Positions 1-9,452 of a DNA stretch of 64,000 nt are shown here, one piece after another. The stretch covers positions 6,325 through 70,324 of the forward strand of contig DASQGW010000012.1 in NCBI GenBank assembly GCA_035632415.1. Direction: 5' to 3'. Numbering within the stretch: position 1 is the first letter of the stretch; each line of letters begins with the position of its first letter. Origin of the DNA: Burkholderiales bacterium. Lineage in GTDB: Bacteria > Pseudomonadota > Gammaproteobacteria > Burkholderiales > SG8-39. The position numbers were made by a program, and so were the translations under genes. The notes under the pieces were generated by a model. That model was not told where the DNA came from. It made no database searches and saw only the letters and a list, made by a program, of their open reading frames with translations.

Positions 1-2564
1 AACCGGAATTCGAACAGCCCGCGGAACGTCATGTGCCGCCGCGACTGGTCATTGATCAGCGCGGCGTACTCCTTGTACGTCTGGTAGGAGTTAGAACGCG
101 ACGCGTGCTGCAGCTTCGCAATCGCGTCCGGCGTCCAGGTGTGGTCCTCGCCGCGCACCCGCCAGGCGTATTCGCCGCCCGCCTCGAGCATCGTCGCGAG
201 CACGGGATCGCGCTCGTCGAACGCGGCGCGATGCACGCGCAGCGTTTCCTCGGCCGCCTGGAAGACGTCGATGCCTTCGATGTTCGACGCCGTGCCGGTG
301 AAGTATTTGTCGACGAGCGATTTCGCGAGCCCGACTGCCTCGAATTGCTGCGAGCCGGTATAGGACATGTAGGTCGAGATGCCCATCTTGGACATCACCT
401 TCTTCAGGCCCTTGCCGATCGCCTTGACGTAGTTCTTGATCGCCTTAGCGCCCGGACTGAAGGCGAGCACAGTCTCGAGCGCGAGGTAAGGATGCACGGC
501 CTCGGCGCCATAGGCACCCAGCAATGCGAAGTGGTGCACCTCGCGCGCGCTGCCAGTCTCGACCACGAGGCCGGTGCTGGTGCGCAGGCCCTTGCCGACG
601 AGATGCTGGTGGATCGCCGACAGCGCGAGCAGCGCGGGAATAGCGACGCGCTCGCGATCGACCAGGCGATCGGAGATGACGATGATCGAGTAGCCCGAGC
701 GCACTGCATCTTCGGCCTGCGCAGCGAGCGAGGCGAGGCGCGCTTCGACCGCATCCTTGCCCCAGGCGACCGGGTAGGTGATGTCGAGCTCGCAGGACTT
801 GAACTTGCCGCCGGTGTAGCGCTCGATGTGGCGGATCTTCTCCATCTCGAAGAAGTCGATCACCGGCTGCGAGACTTCGAGGCGCAGCGGCGGGTTGAGC
901 TCGTCGATGCCGAGCAGGTTCGGCTTCGGGCCGATGAATGAGACGAGCGACATCACGAGATCCTCGCGGATCGGGTCGATCGCCGGGTTCGTCACCTGCG
1001 CGAAGAGCTGCTTGAAGTAGTGGTAGAGCGTCTTGTTCTTGTTCGACAGCACCGCGAGCGGCGAGTCGTTGCCCATCGAGCCGATCGGCTCTTCCCCGCT
1101 CGAGGTCATCGGCTGCAGGATGAACTTCAGGTCCTCCTGCGTGTAGCCGAAGGCCTGCTGGCGGTCGAGCAGGGGCACTTTCGAGCGCAGCGGGGCGGTC
1201 TTTTCCGTCTCGACGTCGTCCAGCTTCACTCGGATGCGCTCGATCCACTCGGCATAGGGCTTGGCGCTCGCGAGCGAGTCCTTCAGTTCCTTGTCGTCGA
1301 CGATGCGGCCCTTCTCCAGGTCGACGAGGAACATCTTGCCGGGCTGCAGGCGCCATTTCTTGACGATGCGTTCCTCCGGCACGGGCAGGCAGCCGCACTC
1401 GGAGCCCATGATGACGAGGTCGTCGTCGGTGACGATGTAGCGCGAGGGCCGCAGGCCGTTCCGATCGAGCGTGGCGCCGATCTGGCGGCCATCGGTGAAG
1501 GCGATCGATGCCGGCCCGTCCCAAGGCTCCATCATCGCGGCGTGGTATTCGTAGAACGCGCGCCGCTGCGGATCCATCAGGGTGTGGTTTTCCCATGCCT
1601 CCGGGATCATCATCATCATCGCGTGGGCGACCGAATAGCCGCCCATCACGAGGAGCTCGAGTGCGTTGTCGAACGAGGCCGAGTCCGATTGCCCGTCGTA
1701 GATGAGCGGCCAGATCTTGTCGAGATCGCGCCCGAGGATCGGCGAGGAGATCGCGCCCTGCCGCGCGCGGATCCAGTTGACATTGCCGCGCAGCGTGTTG
1801 ATCTCGCCGTTATGGCAGATCAGGCGGAAAGGATGCGCGAGGTCCCACGAAGGAAACGTGTTCGTCGAGAACCGCTGGTGCACCATCGCGATCGCCGATT
1901 CCACGCGCGCGTCTTTCAGATCCAGGTAGTACTCGCCGACCTGGTTCGCGAGCAGCATGCCCTTGTAGCAGACCGTGCGCGCCGACATCGATGGCACGTA
2001 GAACTGCTTGGCATGCTTCAGCTTGAGCGCCTGGATGGCGTGGCCGGAGCTCTTGCGGATGATGTAGAGCTTGCGCTCGAGCGCGTCGGTCACAGTCACG
2101 CGGCGACCGCGCCCGATGAACACCTGCCGGATCACCGGCTCGAGCTGGATCGCGGGCTGCGCGAGATCCGAGTTGTCGACCGGCACGTCGCGCCAGCCAA
2201 GGAGGATCTGCCCCTCGTCCTTGATGGCGCGCTCGATCTCGTACTCGCACGCGATGCGCGAGGCGGGATCGCGCGGCAGGAAGACCATTCCGACGCCGTA
2301 TTGCCCCGGCGGCGGGAGCTTTACGCCCTGCTTCGCCATCTCCTCGCGGAAAAAGCGATCCGGAATCTGGATGAGAAGCCCCGCACCGTCGGAAAGCTTG
2401 GGATCCCAGCCCACCGCGCCGCGATGGGTGAGGTTGCGCAGCACCGTGAGGCCCTGCTCGACGATCGTGTGCGACTTCCTTCCTTTGATGTTCGCGACGA
2501 AGCCGACGCCGCAGGCGTCGTGCTCGTTCTCGGGGTGGTATAGACCTTGGGGCTCTAGGCCCAT
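1..2564 (-). CDS. gltB: glutamate synthase large subunit, N-terminal ~854 codons (rest lies beyond the left edge)
   Basis: Not in the ORF track because it has no stop in the window. My translation of the minus strand from ATG 2564..2562 gives MGLEPQGLYHPENEHDACGVGFVANIKGRKSHTIV (Ntn-amidotransferase Cys motif). The same frame is still open at base 3 (...YKEYAALINDQSRRHMTFRGLFEFR). Tracked ORFs in this span are Arg-rich shadow frames. Confidence 0.9.
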   Translation of the reverse strand, partial: MGLEPQGLYHPENEHDACGVGFVANIKGRKSHTIVEQGLTVLRNLTHRGAVGWDPKLSDGAGLLIQIPDRFFREEMAKQGVKLPPPGQYGVGMVFLPRDPASRIACEYEIERAIKDEGQILLGWRDVPVDNSDLAQPAIQLEPVIRQVFIGRGRRVTVTDALERKLYIIRKSSGHAIQALKLKHAKQFYVPSMSARTVCYKGMLLANQVGEYYLDLKDARVESAIAMVHQRFSTNTFPSWDLAHPFRLICHNGEINTLRGNVNWIRARQGAISSPILGRDLDKIWPLIYDGQSDSASFDNALELLVMGGYSVAHAMMMMIPEAWENHTLMDPQRRAFYEYHAAMMEPWDGPASIAFTDGRQIGATLDRNGLRPSRYIVTDDDLVIMGSECGCLPVPEERIVKKWRLQPGKMFLVDLEKGRIVDDKELKDSLASAKPYAEWIERIRVKLDDVETEKTAPLRSKVPLLDRQQAFGYTQEDLKFILQPMTSSGEEPIGSMGNDSPLAVLSNKNKTLYHYFKQLFAQVTNPAIDPIREDLVMSLVSFIGPKPNLLGIDELNPPLRLEVSQPVIDFFEMEKIRHIERYTGGKFKSCELDITYPVAWGKDAVEARLASLAAQAEDAVRSGYSIIVISDRLVDRERVAIPALLALSAIHQHLVGKGLRTSTGLVVETGSAREVHHFALLGAYGAEAVHPYLALETVLAFSPGAKAIKNYVKAIGKGLKKVMSKMGISTYMSYTGSQQFEAVGLAKSLVDKYFTGTASNIEGIDVFQAAEETLRVHRAAFDERDPVLATMLEAGGEYAWRVRGEDHTWTPDAIAKLQHASRSNSYQTYKEYAALINDQSRRHMTFRGLFEFR

Positions 2565-2599
2565 GCCGCTCTGCACAAAAAAGTAAGGGTCGGTCTTCG

Positions 2600-2628
2600 A
2601 ATATACCTACGCACCCCGGGGGGTACAA
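2600..2628 (-). promoter_or_regulatory. candidate sigma70 promoter for gltB (TTGTAC - 17 nt - TATATT)
   Basis: Read on the minus strand in the 67-nt aroB-gltB gap. The -35 is at 2628..2623 and the -10 at 2605..2600, about 35 nt upstream of the gltB ATG. Sequence match only. Confidence 0.3.
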
Positions 2629-2631
2629 GTC

Positions 2632-3735
2632 CTATTGCGGCGCAGCAGCGGCGCTTGCGGCGATCGTCTCGTCGACAAACCGCTGGTCAACAGCGCTCTC
2701 GAGCTTGGCATGGCCCAATCCATGGAGCAGCACAAAGCGCACCCGAGCGCCCGCCGCCTTCTTGTCCACGGACATGAGATCGCGCCAGCGCTCCGGCGCA
2801 AGGCGCGGCGCGTGTGTCGGCAAGCGAGCGCGCTTGATGAGCGCCTCGATGCGCGCTGCGTCCGCTTTCGCCAGGTACCCCGCGCGCTCGGACAGCCCAC
2901 TCGCCATCACCATGCCCGCCGCCACGGCTTCGCCGTGCAGCCAAGGACCGAAGCCGGTCGCCGTTTCGATGGCGTGGCCGAACGTGTGCCCGAAGTTGAG
3001 CACGGCCCGTACGCCCGACTCCCGCTCGTCCTGCGCCACGATCGCTGCCTTGAGCTCGCAAGAGCGCCGGACGGCGTACGCGAGCGCATCGCGGTCGCGG
3101 GTCAAGAGCCTGTCGACGTTCTGCTCCAGCCAGCCGAAGAATGGCGCGTCCAGCGCGGCGCCATGCTTGATCACTTCGGCGAGCCCGGCACGCAGCTCGC
3201 GATCGGGCAGGGTGTCGAGAGTAGCGAGGTCGGCGATGACGGCGAGCGGCTGGTGGAACGCGCCGATCATGTTCTTGCCGCGCGCGTGGTTGATTGCCGT
3301 CTTGCCGCCGACCGATGAGTCGACTTGGGCGAGCAGCGTCGTCGGCACCTGGAGGAACGGCACGCCGCGCTGATAGGTCGCGGCCGCAAAGCCTGCCAGG
3401 TCGCCGACCACCCCGCCGCCGAGCGCAACGACGAGGCCGTCGCGCCCCACGCGCGCTGCGAGCAGCTCGTCGAACACGCGATCCAGACTGGACCAGTTCT
3501 TTGCCTGCTCGCCATCGCTCACTACGACGGGGGTGACTCGTGCGCCAAGCTTCTCGAGCGTATTGCGTACCCGCGCGAGGTAAAGCGGCGCGACGACCTC
3601 GTTGGTGATGATTGCAGCGCTGCCGCGCAAGTGCGGCGCATAGAGTTCCTGCCGTTCGAGCAGACCCGCACCGATATGGATCGGGTACGAGCGGTCGGCC
3701 GAAGCAGCCAATAGGTCTACGCGGAGGCTTTCCAT
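2632..3735 (-). CDS. aroB: 3-dehydroquinate synthase
   Basis: 367-aa ORF with [57 protein letters not shown] and HGEAVAAGM motifs. Sits directly downstream of aroK. Confidence 0.93.
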   Translation of the reverse strand: MESLRVDLLAASADRSYPIHIGAGLLERQELYAPHLRGSAAIITNEVVAPLYLARVRNTLEKLGARVTPVVVSDGEQAKNWSSLDRVFDELLAARVGRDGLVVALGGGVVGDLAGFAAATYQRGVPFLQVPTTLLAQVDSSVGGKTAINHARGKNMIGAFHQPLAVIADLATLDTLPDRELRAGLAEVIKHGAALDAPFFGWLEQNVDRLLTRDRDALAYAVRRSCELKAAIVAQDERESGVRAVLNFGHTFGHAIETATGFGPWLHGEAVAAGMVMASGLSERAGYLAKADAARIEALIKRARLPTHAPRLAPERWRDLMSVDKKAAGARVRFVLLHGLGHAKLESAVDQRFVDETIAASAAAAPQ

Positions 3736-4250
3736 CGGACGGCCAGCTGATCGAGGATGCCACGTGCGAGCGCCTGCACGCTCTGGTGACCCGTATCGAC
3801 GACAAGGTCCGCCACCTCGCGGTACAAAGGGTCGCGCACGATGAAGAGCTCCCGCAGTCGCGTGAGCGGATCGCCGGTCGCCAGCAAAGGGCGATCGCGG
3901 TCGTGCTTGACCCGCTCATAGAGCGCCTCGGGTTTCGCGCAAAGGTAGACCACCGTGCCGTGGGCGGCGAGCCGGCGCCGGTTGGCGGGGTCGAGCACGG
4001 CTCCGCCGCCGGTCGCGAGCACGACATTCTGCAGCGCCGTGAGCTCCTTCAGGGCCTGCGTCTCGCGCGCGCGAAAGCCGGCCTCGCCCTCGATGTCGAA
4101 GATGAGCGGCACGGCTACCCCGCAGCGACGCTCGATCTCGTGGTCGCAGTCGATGAAGCGCAGCTTCAGCCGCCGCGCGAGCAAGCGGCCGACAGTGGTC
4201 TTGCCGGCGCCCATCATGCCCACCAGGTACAAGTTGCCGCGGCGCTTCAT
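3717..4250 (-). CDS. aroK: shikimate kinase
   Basis: 177-aa ORF with N-terminal [20 protein letters not shown] (Walker A). Its 3' end overlaps the aroB start by 19 nt. Confidence 0.92.
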   Translation of the reverse strand: MKRRGNLYLVGMMGAGKTTVGRLLARRLKLRFIDCDHEIERRCGVAVPLIFDIEGEAGFRARETQALKELTALQNVVLATGGGAVLDPANRRRLAAHGTVVYLCAKPEALYERVKHDRDRPLLATGDPLTRLRELFIVRDPLYREVADLVVDTGHQSVQALARGILDQLAVRWKASA

Positions 4251-4261
4251 CAGGGCATTGT

Positions 4262-4291
4262 AGGAACAAAAACGGCCGGGAGGTCCCGGCC
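4262..4291 (-). terminator. Rho-independent terminator after pilQ
   Basis: Minus strand reads GGCCGGG-ACCT-CCCGGCC followed by GTTTTTGTT (plus-strand stem 4274..4291, A-run 4265..4273). It lies about 30 nt after the pilQ stop and about 15 nt before the aroK ATG. Confidence 0.75.
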
Positions 4292-4320
4292 GCAGTGGCG
4301 AAGCAGGCGTATCGGAGTCG

Positions 4321-6432
4321 TTATCGGATCGTGAGGCGCTCGTTCACGATGCGCGGCGTGATGAAGACGAGGAGCTCTGTCTTGCCGGTCGATACCGACG
4401 AGTTCTTGAACATCCACCCGACGAGCGGCAGGTCGCCGAGCAGCGGCACCTTGGTGATGTCGGTGCGGTCGGTCTGCTCGTAGATGCCACCGATCACGAC
4501 CGTGCCGCCGTTTTCGACGAGTACCTCGGTCTTGACGTGTTTGGTGTTGATTGCCACGCCGCCGGGTGTCTGCGCGCCGGGGGCGTCCTTGTTGACGTCG
4601 AGCGACATGGAGATGTTGCCGTCGGGCGTGATCTGCGGCTTCACCTTCAGCGCAAGGTTCGCCTTGCGGAACGAGACCGCCGTCGCGCCCGACGAGGTCG
4701 CGGACTGGTAAGGGAGCTCCGTGCCCTGCTCGATCAGCGCTTCGACCTGGTCGGCCGTCAATACGCGCGGGCTCGAGATGATCTTGCCCTTGCCATCCGC
4801 CTCCAGGGCTGAGAGCTCGAGGAACAGGAACCGTTGCATGGTCCGGCTAAAGATCGAGAGTGACAGCGTGCCGGCCGGGAAGCCGTTCAGGCCGTTGGCC
4901 GGAAGCTGCACGAACTGCGTGTCCGGGATGAAGCTCCCGCCGGTTATGGCCGCCTGACGCGTCTGCTCGCCGGAACCGAGATAGTTGCCGCTCACCAGCG
5001 CCATATTGCCCCCGGGCAGGGAGAAGCCCGGGGTGCCGCCGTTGAGGCCCTTGTTGTCGAGGTAGCCGAGCTTCACGCCGAGGTTGCGGCTGAAAGTCTC
5101 GTCCGCCTCGACGATACGCGCCTCGATCATCACCTGGCGCACGGCGACGTCGATCTTGGCGAGGAGCTTCCGCACTTCTTCCAAGCGGCTGGGCGTGTCC
5201 TGCACGAAGAGCGTATTGGTGCGCGCGTCGACGACTGCACTGCCGCGCTTCGAGAGAATTCGCTGCGTCGGATCGGAAAGCAGCTTCTGCACGTCCGCCG
5301 CCTTCTGGTAGCTCATCGAGAAGGTCTCGGTGCGCGTCTGCTCGAGGTCCGAGATCTGCTGCTGCGCCTCGAGCGCAAGCTTCTCGCGGGTGGCGAGCTC
5401 GTCGCGCGGCGCGATCCAGATCACGTTGCCGCTGCGCCGGCTGTCGAGGCCGCGCGTCTGCAAGATGATGTCGAGCGCCTGATCCCACGGTACGTCCTTG
5501 AGCCGCAGGGTGATGTTGCCCGCCACCGTGTCGCTCGTGATGATGTTGAGGTCGGTAAAATCGGCGATCACGTTCAGCACCGCGCGCACTTCCACGTTCT
5601 GGAAGTTGAGCGAGAGCTTCTCGCCCGTGTAACGGCCGCGCTGGGACGCGCGCGAGGGATCCTGCGACACCGCCTTCACTTCCAGCACGAACTGGCTGTC
5701 GGACTGGTAGGCGTTGTGCTCCCACTGGCCCTTCGGCTCGACCACCATGCGGACGTTGTCGCCCTGCTGGAATGTCGTCACGGTGTTCACCGCCGTGCCG
5801 AAATCGACCACGTCGAGGCGCCGGCGCAGGTTGTCCGGCAGCGAGGTCTTCAGGAACTCGACGATCAGGTTCTGGCCCTGCTGGCGGATGTCGATGCCGG
5901 TGGTGCTGTCCGACAGGTCCACGATCACACGCCCTTCGCCGGCGCGCCCGCGCCGGAAATCGACGTCGCGGATCGCATGCTTGGTGTCGGCGCGGCCCGC
6001 GGCGAAGTTCGTCACCTGGCCACCGGCCAGCGCTTCGCCCTGCGGCGGCTCGGCGAGGGTGATGAGTACGTTGCGGCCGTCGATCGTCGCTTCGTGCGGC
6101 AGCGAGCGGCGCAGGTTGAGCACCAGGCGCGTACGGTCGGCCCCTTGAACGACGTTCATGCTCCGCAGGTCACCCTGTCCGATGTCCTGCGACGAGCGGC
6201 CGAGCCCGTTAGACGTGTTGGGAAAGTCGAAGGCGATGCGCGCCGGATTGGCGACGGCGAAGTTCGGCGGCACCGTGCGCAGCGGCTCTTTGGTGGTGAT
6301 CTTCACGACGGTCTTGCCACCGACCTGCGTGACCTCGAATCCCTCGATGCTGTTCGATTGCGCAGCGGCGAGCCCGCATGCCGCCAGCCACAGCGCGAAC
6401 GCGTAAAGGAGCGCTTGGATTGTCGTTTTCAT
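4321..6432 (-). CDS. pilQ: type IV pilus secretin PilQ
   Basis: The tracked 871-aa ORF starts at 6936, but its first ~167 aa are Arg-rich and overlap pilP. The real start is MKTTIQALLYAFALWLAACGLAAAQ (signal peptide) at ATG 6432, overlapping the pilP stop. N-terminal AMIN-like repeats are followed by a secretin domain (VLVENGGTVVIGGIY, PLLGDLPLVGWMFK). Confidence 0.92.
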   Translation of the reverse strand: MKTTIQALLYAFALWLAACGLAAAQSNSIEGFEVTQVGGKTVVKITTKEPLRTVPPNFAVANPARIAFDFPNTSNGLGRSSQDIGQGDLRSMNVVQGADRTRLVLNLRRSLPHEATIDGRNVLITLAEPPQGEALAGGQVTNFAAGRADTKHAIRDVDFRRGRAGEGRVIVDLSDSTTGIDIRQQGQNLIVEFLKTSLPDNLRRRLDVVDFGTAVNTVTTFQQGDNVRMVVEPKGQWEHNAYQSDSQFVLEVKAVSQDPSRASQRGRYTGEKLSLNFQNVEVRAVLNVIADFTDLNIITSDTVAGNITLRLKDVPWDQALDIILQTRGLDSRRSGNVIWIAPRDELATREKLALEAQQQISDLEQTRTETFSMSYQKAADVQKLLSDPTQRILSKRGSAVVDARTNTLFVQDTPSRLEEVRKLLAKIDVAVRQVMIEARIVEADETFSRNLGVKLGYLDNKGLNGGTPGFSLPGGNMALVSGNYLGSGEQTRQAAITGGSFIPDTQFVQLPANGLNGFPAGTLSLSIFSRTMQRFLFLELSALEADGKGKIISSPRVLTADQVEALIEQGTELPYQSATSSGATAVSFRKANLALKVKPQITPDGNISMSLDVNKDAPGAQTPGGVAINTKHVKTEVLVENGGTVVIGGIYEQTDRTDITKVPLLGDLPLVGWMFKNSSVSTGKTELLVFITPRIVNERLTIR

Positions 6433-6965
6433 TTTTGCACCTCCACCAGTTGCAGCGCGCTCGCGCGCTCCACCCATTCGCCGGTGCCGTCCTGCACCAG
6501 CTCCTTCAGCTTGATGCCGCCCTCGTCGATCGACGTGATCACGCCGAAGTTCTGCCCCATGTAGTTGCCCTTCTTGACGCGGTAGAGGTTCGGACCCGCC
6601 TTCACCAGCGCGAAGGTTTCCTGGTCTCGCGTGATCGTGCCGAGCATCTGGATCGACTCGAGCGGGAACGACTCGAGCGGCTCCTTGACCCGCTTCTCCT
6701 GCTCCGCGATGAGGCTCTTCTTGTCGCCGCTCGTGCGCATGGTCGCCTGCGCCACTTCGATGCGCTCGGGTCGGAATGGATCGACCAGGCTTTCGCTCGT
6801 ATACGGCACGGGCTCGTAAGGCTTCACCTGCGGCAGCGGGGGGACTTGGCCGCGGAAATCCTTCGTCGCCTCCGCGAGCTCCTGCTTGAGGTCGCCGTGC
6901 TCGTCGCCACCGCAGCCGGCGAGGCCGAGCACGCAACCCACAGCGAGGACCGCGGCGCGCTTCAT
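6429..6965 (-). CDS. pilP: type IV pilus assembly lipoprotein PilP
   Basis: The real start MKRAAVLAVGCVLGLAGCGG (lipobox) is residue 184 of the tracked 361-aa ORF, giving 178 aa and a 4-nt overlap with the pilO stop. Coordinates are derived from the ORF track frame; my hand base-count near 6960 was off by one. Confidence 0.85.
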   Translation of the reverse strand: MKRAAVLAVGCVLGLAGCGGDEHGDLKQELAEATKDFRGQVPPLPQVKPYEPVPYTSESLVDPFRPERIEVAQATMRTSGDKKSLIAEQEKRVKEPLESFPLESIQMLGTITRDQETFALVKAGPNLYRVKKGNYMGQNFGVITSIDEGGIKLKELVQDGTGEWVERASALQLVEVQK

Positions 6966-7609
6966 TTCTTGGCGCCTTTCTTGCGCTGCGCGGCGAGCTC
7001 GTCGTCGTCGAGGTAGCGGAAGGTGCGCGCGGTGGCGTCCAGGGTGAGCAGGCTCGCTCCCTTCTTCTCGTCGGCGGTGATGGTGACGTCGTTCAGCGTG
7101 ACGATGCGCGGCAGCTGGCCGACGTCGCTCGCGAATGCGCCCATGTCGTGATAGCTGCCGGTGACCCTGACCGAGATCGGCCGCTCGGCGTAGAACTCGC
7201 GCGTGATTTCGGAAGGCGCCGGACGGAACAGCTCGAACTGCAGCCCGCGCCCGAGCCCCGCCTGGTTGATGTCGACGAGCAACGCGTCCATCTGCGAGCG
7301 GTTGGGCAGCTGGCGCAGCAGCGCGCCGAACTGCGTATCGATCTCGCGCAACTGCTGGCGATGCAGGTCGAGGTTGATGGCCTGCTTCTTCTTGTCCAGG
7401 TACTGCTCCTTCAGGCGCGCTTCCTCGCCGCGCAGCTTGTCCAGGTCGTCGATTTGCGAGGCGGTGTCGAGGAAATAGCCCGCAACCGGGACCGCAATGA
7501 GGATGCCCAACCACACGAGGACTTTCGGCGCGGCGTGCCAGGTCCCCGGATCCTTCCAGTTGGTCCGCTTGAATTCCTCTACGATCGCGTTGAAGTTGAT
7601 GGCCGCCAT
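6962..7609 (-). CDS. pilO: type IV pilus assembly protein PilO
   Basis: 215-aa ORF with an N-terminal TM helix (VLVWLGILIAVPVAGYF), a coiled-coil segment and a C-terminal PilO-type domain. Position is between pilN and pilP. Confidence 0.88.
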   Translation of the reverse strand: MAAINFNAIVEEFKRTNWKDPGTWHAAPKVLVWLGILIAVPVAGYFLDTASQIDDLDKLRGEEARLKEQYLDKKKQAINLDLHRQQLREIDTQFGALLRQLPNRSQMDALLVDINQAGLGRGLQFELFRPAPSEITREFYAERPISVRVTGSYHDMGAFASDVGQLPRIVTLNDVTITADEKKGASLLTLDATARTFRYLDDDELAAQRKKGAKK

Positions 7610-7611
7610 GG

Positions 7612-8205
7612 CTAGCCTTTCTTGGCCGGGGCGGCGCCTGGCGCTGCCGTGGTCGTGGGCTCGCGCTTGAGCGACATGTTCAGGTTGAATTCCGAAACGC
7701 GTTTCTTGTCGACCGCCGCCGCTTTCACCTCAATCAACTCCGGCGAGCTGAGCCAGCGCGATGACTCGATGTTGCGCATCAGCGTGGAGACGCGCGCGTT
7801 TGACTGCGCGTAGCCGATGAGATGGATGCGCAGCCCTTTCTGCGAGAGAGATTTCAGGTACACGCCCTCCGGCATCTGCTTCACCAGCTCGTCGAGCAGA
7901 TGGACCGTCTGGGCGCGGTCAGCCTGCAGCGTCTCGATCACCTGCTTGCGGGCGAGGAGAGCACGGATCTCGTCCTTCAGCTTGTTGATCTCGGCGATCT
8001 CGGTGTCGAGCTTGGCGATCTCGCCCTTCAGAAACTGGTTACGGCTGTCTTGCGCGCTAACGCGCTCGGCGAAGGAGAGGTGCACGAGAAGCACGATCGC
8101 GGCACCAAGGCCGACCGCCAACCCGCAAACGACGGCAAAGTGCTGCTTCGCGCGCTTGCGCTTCTCCGCCCGGTGGGGCAGCAGGTTTACGCGTGCCGTA
8201 CTCAT
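7612..8205 (-). CDS. pilN: type IV pilus assembly protein PilN
   Basis: The real start MSTARVNLLPHRAEKRKRAKQ (conserved INLLP-type motif) is residue 43 of the tracked 239-aa ORF. ATGA overlap with the pilM stop at 8202..8205. Confidence 0.87.
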   Translation of the reverse strand: MSTARVNLLPHRAEKRKRAKQHFAVVCGLAVGLGAAIVLLVHLSFAERVSAQDSRNQFLKGEIAKLDTEIAEINKLKDEIRALLARKQVIETLQADRAQTVHLLDELVKQMPEGVYLKSLSQKGLRIHLIGYAQSNARVSTLMRNIESSRWLSSPELIEVKAAAVDKKRVSEFNLNMSLKREPTTTAAPGAAPAKKG

Positions 8206-9278
8206 TGCGGATCGAATCTCCTCATCGCAAGGCCGCACGCAACGATGAGCGAGGGCGCATCGACGATCAGGCGCTTCAGCTGCACGCGCGGTGAAGTCTG
8301 CATCTGCGCGAACGGATTCGCGACGCTGCAAGGCACCTGCGCGCGCGTGTTGACGACTTCGTCGAGTCCCGGGATCACGGCCGACCCGCCGGCGAGGAGG
8401 ATGTGCTCCACCGTGTGGTACTGGGTCGACGTAAAGAAGAATTGCAGCGCGCGCTGGATCTCGCCCGAAAGGTTTTCCATGAATGGGCGCAGCACTTCGG
8501 CTTCGAAATCGTCGGGCAGGCCGCCGGAGCGCTTGGCATTCTCCGCCTCTTCCGGGCTCATGCCGTAGCGTGTGACGATCTCCTGCGTGAGCTGGTTGCC
8601 GCCGAAGGCCTGCTCGCGCGTGTAGATCGATTGATCGTTGCGCAGTACCGTCACCTGCATGACGTTCGCGCCGACGTCGACAACGGCGATGTTCTGATCC
8701 TTGCCGCCGTTCGGCAGCGCCTGCACGACGAGCGAGAGTGCCGTCTGCTGCGCGAACGACTCTACGTCCATGACGAGCGCCTTGAGGCCGGCCGAATCGG
8801 CCACGGCGACGCGGTCCTCCACTTTCTCCTTGCGCGTCGCAGCGATGAGCACCTCCTGCTCCTCGGGGCTCGCCGGCGAAGGCCCGAGCACCTGGAAGTC
8901 GAGGTTCACTTCCTCGAGCGCAAATGGAATGTATTGGTTCGCTTCGCTTTCCACCTGCACTTCGAGCTCCTCCTCGCGCAGGCTCGCCGGGACGACGATC
9001 TTCTTGGTGATGACCGCGCCCGTCGGCACCGCCATAGCTACGTGCTTGGTGCGCGTGCCGAGGCGTTTGTGCGCGCGGCGCACGGCGTCGGTCACCGCTT
9101 CGAGGTTATTGATGTTGCCGTCGACGACGGCGTCACGCGCGAGCGGCTCTATGGCATAGCGCTCGACGCGATAGCCGCCCTTGCCCGCATCGACGATCTC
9201 CAGCATCTTCACCGACGACGAACTGATGTCGAGACCGAACAATGGGGGCGCCTTGGGCGTAAACAAATCGAATTGCAT
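8202..9278 (-). CDS. pilM: type IV pilus assembly protein PilM (actin-like ATPase fold)
   Basis: 358-aa ORF starting MQFDLFTPKAPPLFGLDISSSSVKMLEI. First gene of the pilMNOPQ block and divergent from the PBP1A gene, the usual arrangement. Confidence 0.92.
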   Translation of the reverse strand: MQFDLFTPKAPPLFGLDISSSSVKMLEIVDAGKGGYRVERYAIEPLARDAVVDGNINNLEAVTDAVRRAHKRLGTRTKHVAMAVPTGAVITKKIVVPASLREEELEVQVESEANQYIPFALEEVNLDFQVLGPSPASPEEQEVLIAATRKEKVEDRVAVADSAGLKALVMDVESFAQQTALSLVVQALPNGGKDQNIAVVDVGANVMQVTVLRNDQSIYTREQAFGGNQLTQEIVTRYGMSPEEAENAKRSGGLPDDFEAEVLRPFMENLSGEIQRALQFFFTSTQYHTVEHILLAGGSAVIPGLDEVVNTRAQVPCSVANPFAQMQTSPRVQLKRLIVDAPSLIVACGLAMRRFDPQ

Positions 9279-9452
9279 TCGTTGTTTTCCCCTTTGTGTA
9301 TCGCAGCTTAGCCACGATACGTAGAATTGGCGTTAAATGCTAGCAACAACCCCTGCGGGTGTCTAGTTAATTATCCGCGCAGGGGCCCACGGTATGATGC
9401 GACGATCGCTTCGGCGCGTGCGACAGCGCAGGTTTGAAGGTCTAACTTCCCG

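Noticed and set aside
33-2543. Plus-strand ORFs 33..941 (302 aa) and 1020..2543 (507 aa), plus minus-strand ORFs 445..1596 and 1810..2628
   Set aside because: All lie within gltB, in antisense or off-frames. The true gltB frame is missing from the track only because it has no stop in the window.
4321-6936. Long 5' extensions of tracked ORFs: pilQ 871 aa, pilP 361 aa, pilN 239 aa, livG 612 aa, livM 410 aa, dsbD 626 aa, the oxidase 1113 aa, dctP 446 aa, HAD 366 aa, lysA 464 aa
   Set aside because: The extensions are Arg/Pro-rich and overlap the upstream gene in another frame. They also precede an internal start that gives a proper signal peptide or conserved N-terminus, often with an ATGA- or TTGA-type junction.
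9326-9343. Sigma54-like element TGGCGTTAAATGCT in the pilM-mrcA spacer
   Set aside because: The GG and GC doublets are separated by 8 nt instead of the required 10, so it does not fit the -24/-12 geometry. No better match exists on the pilM strand.
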